A stretch of DNA of 64,000 nucleotides from Dehalococcoidia bacterium (GTDB lineage: Bacteria; Chloroflexota; Dehalococcoidia; UBA2979): positions 1,863 through 65,862 of the forward strand of contig JAQWLS010000009.1 in NCBI GenBank assembly GCA_029247135.1, read 5' to 3'. A program made the position numbers and the translations under genes. The notes beneath the pieces were generated by a model. That model was not told where the DNA came from. It saw only the letters and a list, made by a program, of their open reading frames with translations, and did not search any database. Below are positions 60,903 through 64,000 of this stretch, one piece after another (within the stretch, counting starts at the first letter, position 1; the number at the start of each line of letters is the position of its first letter).

Positions 60903-61481
60903 CTACCATGTAGCTGAACGAAGATCTAAGAAATTAGCCAAAAGAGTGCGTCCATACTCTGTCATAATGGATTCTGGATGAAATTGCACGCCTTCAATAG
61001 CAAACTGTTGGTGCCTAATCCCCATTATCACACCACTTTCTGCTCTCGAGGTGACTACTAACTCCTCAGGTAAACTCTTTTGTTTTACTGCAAGCGAATG
61101 ATATCTAATAGCGTCGAATCCATTGGGAATGCCTGAGTAGATGTACTCTCCATCGTGTGTTATTTTGCTTATTTTTCCATGCATAATTTCGCCCGCCTGA
61201 ACTACCTCTCCACCAAACGCTTGTGCAATAGACTGGTGACCCAGACAAACCCCAAGTACGGGTGAGATTCCACTGAAGGCTCTGATAAGATCCACCGATA
61301 TACCAGCCTCAATGGGTGTACAAGGACCAGGAGAAATAACGAGATGATCGGGTTCAATTTCGAGTGCATCAGCAACTGATAACTGATCGTTTCGAAACAC
61401 CTCAACCTCTTCACCTAACTCAGTAAAATACTGAAAAAGATTAAAGGTGAAGGAATCGTAGTTATCAATGAGTAGTAACAT
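60903..61481 (-). CDS. trpG: Anthranilate synthase component II (glutamine amidotransferase)
   Basis: IDNYDSFT, ISPGP, GVCLGHQ, RYHSL, QFHPES. Confidence 0.96.
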   Translation of the reverse strand: MLLLIDNYDSFTFNLFQYFTELGEEVEVFRNDQLSVADALEIEPDHLVISPGPCTPIEAGISVDLIRAFSGISPVLGVCLGHQSIAQAFGGEVVQAGEIMHGKISKITHDGEYIYSGIPNGFDAIRYHSLAVKQKSLPEELVVTSRAESGVIMGIRHQQFAIEGVQFHPESIMTEYGRTLLANFLDLRSATW

Positions 61482-61519
61482 AAATTATCCCATCCAAAAC
61501 TGAATCACCCATACTTCCA

Positions 61520-62449
61520 CTACCCCTGCGATGCTCTTTCAGCAATTTGTATTTTTGATTCAAGTTCAGTAAGTTGATCGAGTTGAATTTCATAGTTGCG
61601 TATCACCTTCGTCAATTGATCGAGAACACTAATTGGCAAGTTGCTAGCATCAGTCCCCCAAGAAAGTAATGCCTGCTCATCTTGCATCTTGATCCAAGAG
61701 TCAGTCAAAATCGCAACCTTCGACAGCAAGCTACGAACAGAACTCTCCATGTTCCTCGATTCGGCACCAGCTAGTAATTCACGTGTCCGTCTCCACTGCT
61801 GGACGTTAAACGGTTCCGGACGAAAATTATCCTCTGTAATCATCTTTGTAGCCGCACAAATAAGGTAATCTTCGAATTCGACAGCTAGTGCAAGAATTTC
61901 TAACGCACTTATCTTTTCCAAACTTAGTAAATCTAGGCGATGCTTCGGTGATATTCGATCGAAAGCAGCTAGTAGATTACCTCGCGCTTCAGTCAACTGT
62001 GCACAAATATCATTTTTGGATAATGATCTAACTTGCTGATCAGTTCCACCCACACACGCCTCTGATAACCATCTCTGTATCGAGTTATTCAAAACTATGC
62101 CATCTGGAATAGCGCTAGGTGACGACCAGCCTGCATCAACGTATACATCCGAAACAATTTTCGGCTCGCCCACCCAATCTATACACGTAAATATATTGAC
62201 CACTACGTGCTCATTCCCATGTCCAGTCATATATATTGTGTCATAAAAATCATAAGGTCCTGGTGTTATTGAAAGATCTTCTTTCAATAACAGCTCAAGG
62301 GATTCCTCAGCAGTGAGAGAGTCTGGAACAAGAACAAATGGCATTGTCCACTCCTCAGCAAATGGGCCTTTCTCATGCTTCACAAGCAGTACCTTTTGAT
62401 CGTCGCGTACCAAAAGTGCCATCGAGCCTATAAGCTGTTGCTCAGTCAT
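61520..62449 (-). CDS. Nudix-fold domain fused to DinB-like helical domain; both appear degenerate
   Basis: KVLLVK..GPF..WTMP Nudix scaffold; C-terminal LTEARGNLLAAF..SALEILA..SVLDQL DinB-like pattern. Confidence 0.65.
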   Translation of the reverse strand: MTEQQLIGSMALLVRDDQKVLLVKHEKGPFAEEWTMPFVLVPDSLTAEESLELLLKEDLSITPGPYDFYDTIYMTGHGNEHVVVNIFTCIDWVGEPKIVSDVYVDAGWSSPSAIPDGIVLNNSIQRWLSEACVGGTDQQVRSLSKNDICAQLTEARGNLLAAFDRISPKHRLDLLSLEKISALEILALAVEFEDYLICAATKMITEDNFRPEPFNVQQWRRTRELLAGAESRNMESSVRSLLSKVAILTDSWIKMQDEQALLSWGTDASNLPISVLDQLTKVIRNYEIQLDQLTELESKIQIAERASQG

Positions 62450-62474
62450 TTATCGATCTTCCAAAATCATGCGC

Positions 62475-63974
62475 CTAGTAACCTAGTGCTTGTGCAGGTC
62501 TATCACTCTGCCTGCCTTCAGCGTCATCGAGTGCCCTCAATAACGCCCCAGCTTTATGCCAACATTCCTCATACTCGCGCTCAGGATCGCTGTCATAAAC
62601 TATGCCAGCGCCAGCCTGAACATGAGCCTTACCGTCCTGCATAACAATAGTTCGAATTGCAATACATGTTTCGATATTGCCGGACATATCAAAAAAACCA
62701 ACAGCCCCAGAATAGGAGCCTCGACGGTCAGGTTCTAATTCATTGATAATTTCCATAGCGCGTACCTTCGGGGCTCCAGAAACCGTTCCGGCTGGAAAAG
62801 CCGAGCGCAAAGCGTCGTACGCCGTGATCTCATCACGAAGTTGACCAGTCACATGTGATACTAGATGCATCACATGAGAGTAATATTCGACATCAAATTG
62901 CTGAGTAACCTGAACAGATCCCGGCGTCGCTACTCGACCAACATCATTTCTACCGAGATCTAAAAGCATCACATGTTCTGCAAGTTCTTTAGCATCATTA
63001 CTCAGCTCTTCTGCGAGAGCTATGTCCTCCGCTTTGGAAGATCCTCGAGGACGTGTACCTGCAATCGGGTGAACTTCAACTAATCCGTCTTCGATATTCA
63101 CTAGTAGCTCAGGTGATGATCCAACTAAATAAGTATCTTTAAATCGTAGAAAAAATAAATAGGGAGACGGATTAATAGCACGTAAGCTTCTATATACTTC
63201 GAAAGGTGGAACACCTGTATTCCTCGACAATCGCATTGAAAGCACCACTTGAATAACATCGCCGTCAATAATATATTGTTTCGCCCGCGCAACAGCATCT
63301 ATGTATTCATCCTTTGACCAATTCTGCTCAACAGGTGACTCGACGATGTGGGTTGGGCTATACGGAAGGTTTCCAAGCGGCATAGTTAAATTTTCTATCA
63401 ATCGATCTATTTCACCAATCGCCCGGTCATAGTTAGACCGCCGATCGCCCTCGAGCCGAACATGAGATACAACCTTAATAGTGTTTCGTACATGATCAAA
63501 AACCAAAAGATTTTTAATGAACATAACCTTTGAATCTGGCATTGCAATGACGAAAGGTTTATTTGATTCCACACGTGGTTCAAAATGACTGACACATTCG
63601 TACGCCAAGTAGCCAACTGCTCCACCATGAAATTTTGGCAAATCATCAACTGGCGCCGCACGCCACTCAGACAACTCATCTTGAATTGCAATAAGCGGAT
63701 CGCCTGACTCAGTTTCTGATGAAACTACCTTGTACGGATCAGTACCAATGAAAGAATATCTACCGTGGCGCTCGCCGCCCTCTACTGACTCCAAAAGGAA
63801 CGCGTATTCGTGATCTTGCGCAACTTTTAGATAAGCTGACACAGGGGTTTCCAAGTCCGCTCGCACCTCTCGAAAAATTGGCACAACCGTATATGGATCA
63901 GTCAGTTCAAGAACATCATCTAGTGTTGGAAAATAAAGATTCATGTGGGACGAATTATCTTTCGGCATATTCAT
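62475..63974 (-). CDS. trpE: Anthranilate synthase component I
   Basis: DLETPVSAY, FLLES, NPSPY, GSSPE, PIAGTR, EHVMLLDLGRND, YYSHVMH, PAGTVSGAPK. Confidence 0.97.
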   Translation of the reverse strand: MNMPKDNSSHMNLYFPTLDDVLELTDPYTVVPIFREVRADLETPVSAYLKVAQDHEYAFLLESVEGGERHGRYSFIGTDPYKVVSSETESGDPLIAIQDELSEWRAAPVDDLPKFHGGAVGYLAYECVSHFEPRVESNKPFVIAMPDSKVMFIKNLLVFDHVRNTIKVVSHVRLEGDRRSNYDRAIGEIDRLIENLTMPLGNLPYSPTHIVESPVEQNWSKDEYIDAVARAKQYIIDGDVIQVVLSMRLSRNTGVPPFEVYRSLRAINPSPYLFFLRFKDTYLVGSSPELLVNIEDGLVEVHPIAGTRPRGSSKAEDIALAEELSNDAKELAEHVMLLDLGRNDVGRVATPGSVQVTQQFDVEYYSHVMHLVSHVTGQLRDEITAYDALRSAFPAGTVSGAPKVRAMEIINELEPDRRGSYSGAVGFFDMSGNIETCIAIRTIVMQDGKAHVQAGAGIVYDSDPEREYEECWHKAGALLRALDDAEGRQSDRPAQALGY

Positions 63975-64000
63975 CTGCCACCTCGCGGACCATAAGATAA

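Noticed and set aside
1..64000. CRISPR array, prophage, integrase or anti-phage defence system
   Set aside because: I recognised no regularly spaced repeats and no phage, recombinase or defence-domain proteins.

Overview
A 64-kb bacterial chromosomal segment of moderate GC. It is most likely from Chloroflexota (Dehalococcoidia/SAR202-like); this is inferred from the Tat-lipoprotein solute-binding protein, the dnaB-dnaD-double-dnaC cluster, IleRS2 and the catabolic gene content. Positions 1-20.6 kb are accessory/catabolic: a truncated flavin oxidoreductase/halogenase-like gene, an Opp/Dpp ABC transporter with a tandemly duplicated OppC permease, a fused CoA-transferase plus single-chain biotin carboxylase, malate synthase, an XDH-family molybdoprotein, a formylglycine-generating enzyme, an MBL hydrolase, an SDR and an amidohydrolase. 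After a tRNA cluster (Arg-UCG, Ser-GGA, Ser-CGA) the window is mostly core: mnmA, rsfS, ndk, tsaB (frameshifted), tsaE, thiL, gyrA, tRNA-Pro, moaC, ileS, glnII with a GlnR-like regulator, rplI-dnaB-dnaD-dnaC, moaED, glyA, murJ, mreB, asd, moaA and trpE-X-G-D-C-F-B. I saw no CRISPR array, transposase, integrase or rRNA. The most notable signals are an actinobacterial-type GlnR/GSII module with a candidate GlnR box, a doubly degenerate Nudix-DinB fusion inside the trp operon, a recurrent leaderless-promoter pattern, the duplicated OppC, a GIHH-motif IleRS and a two-AAA+ helicase loader. All calls come from reading motifs by eye; no searches were run.
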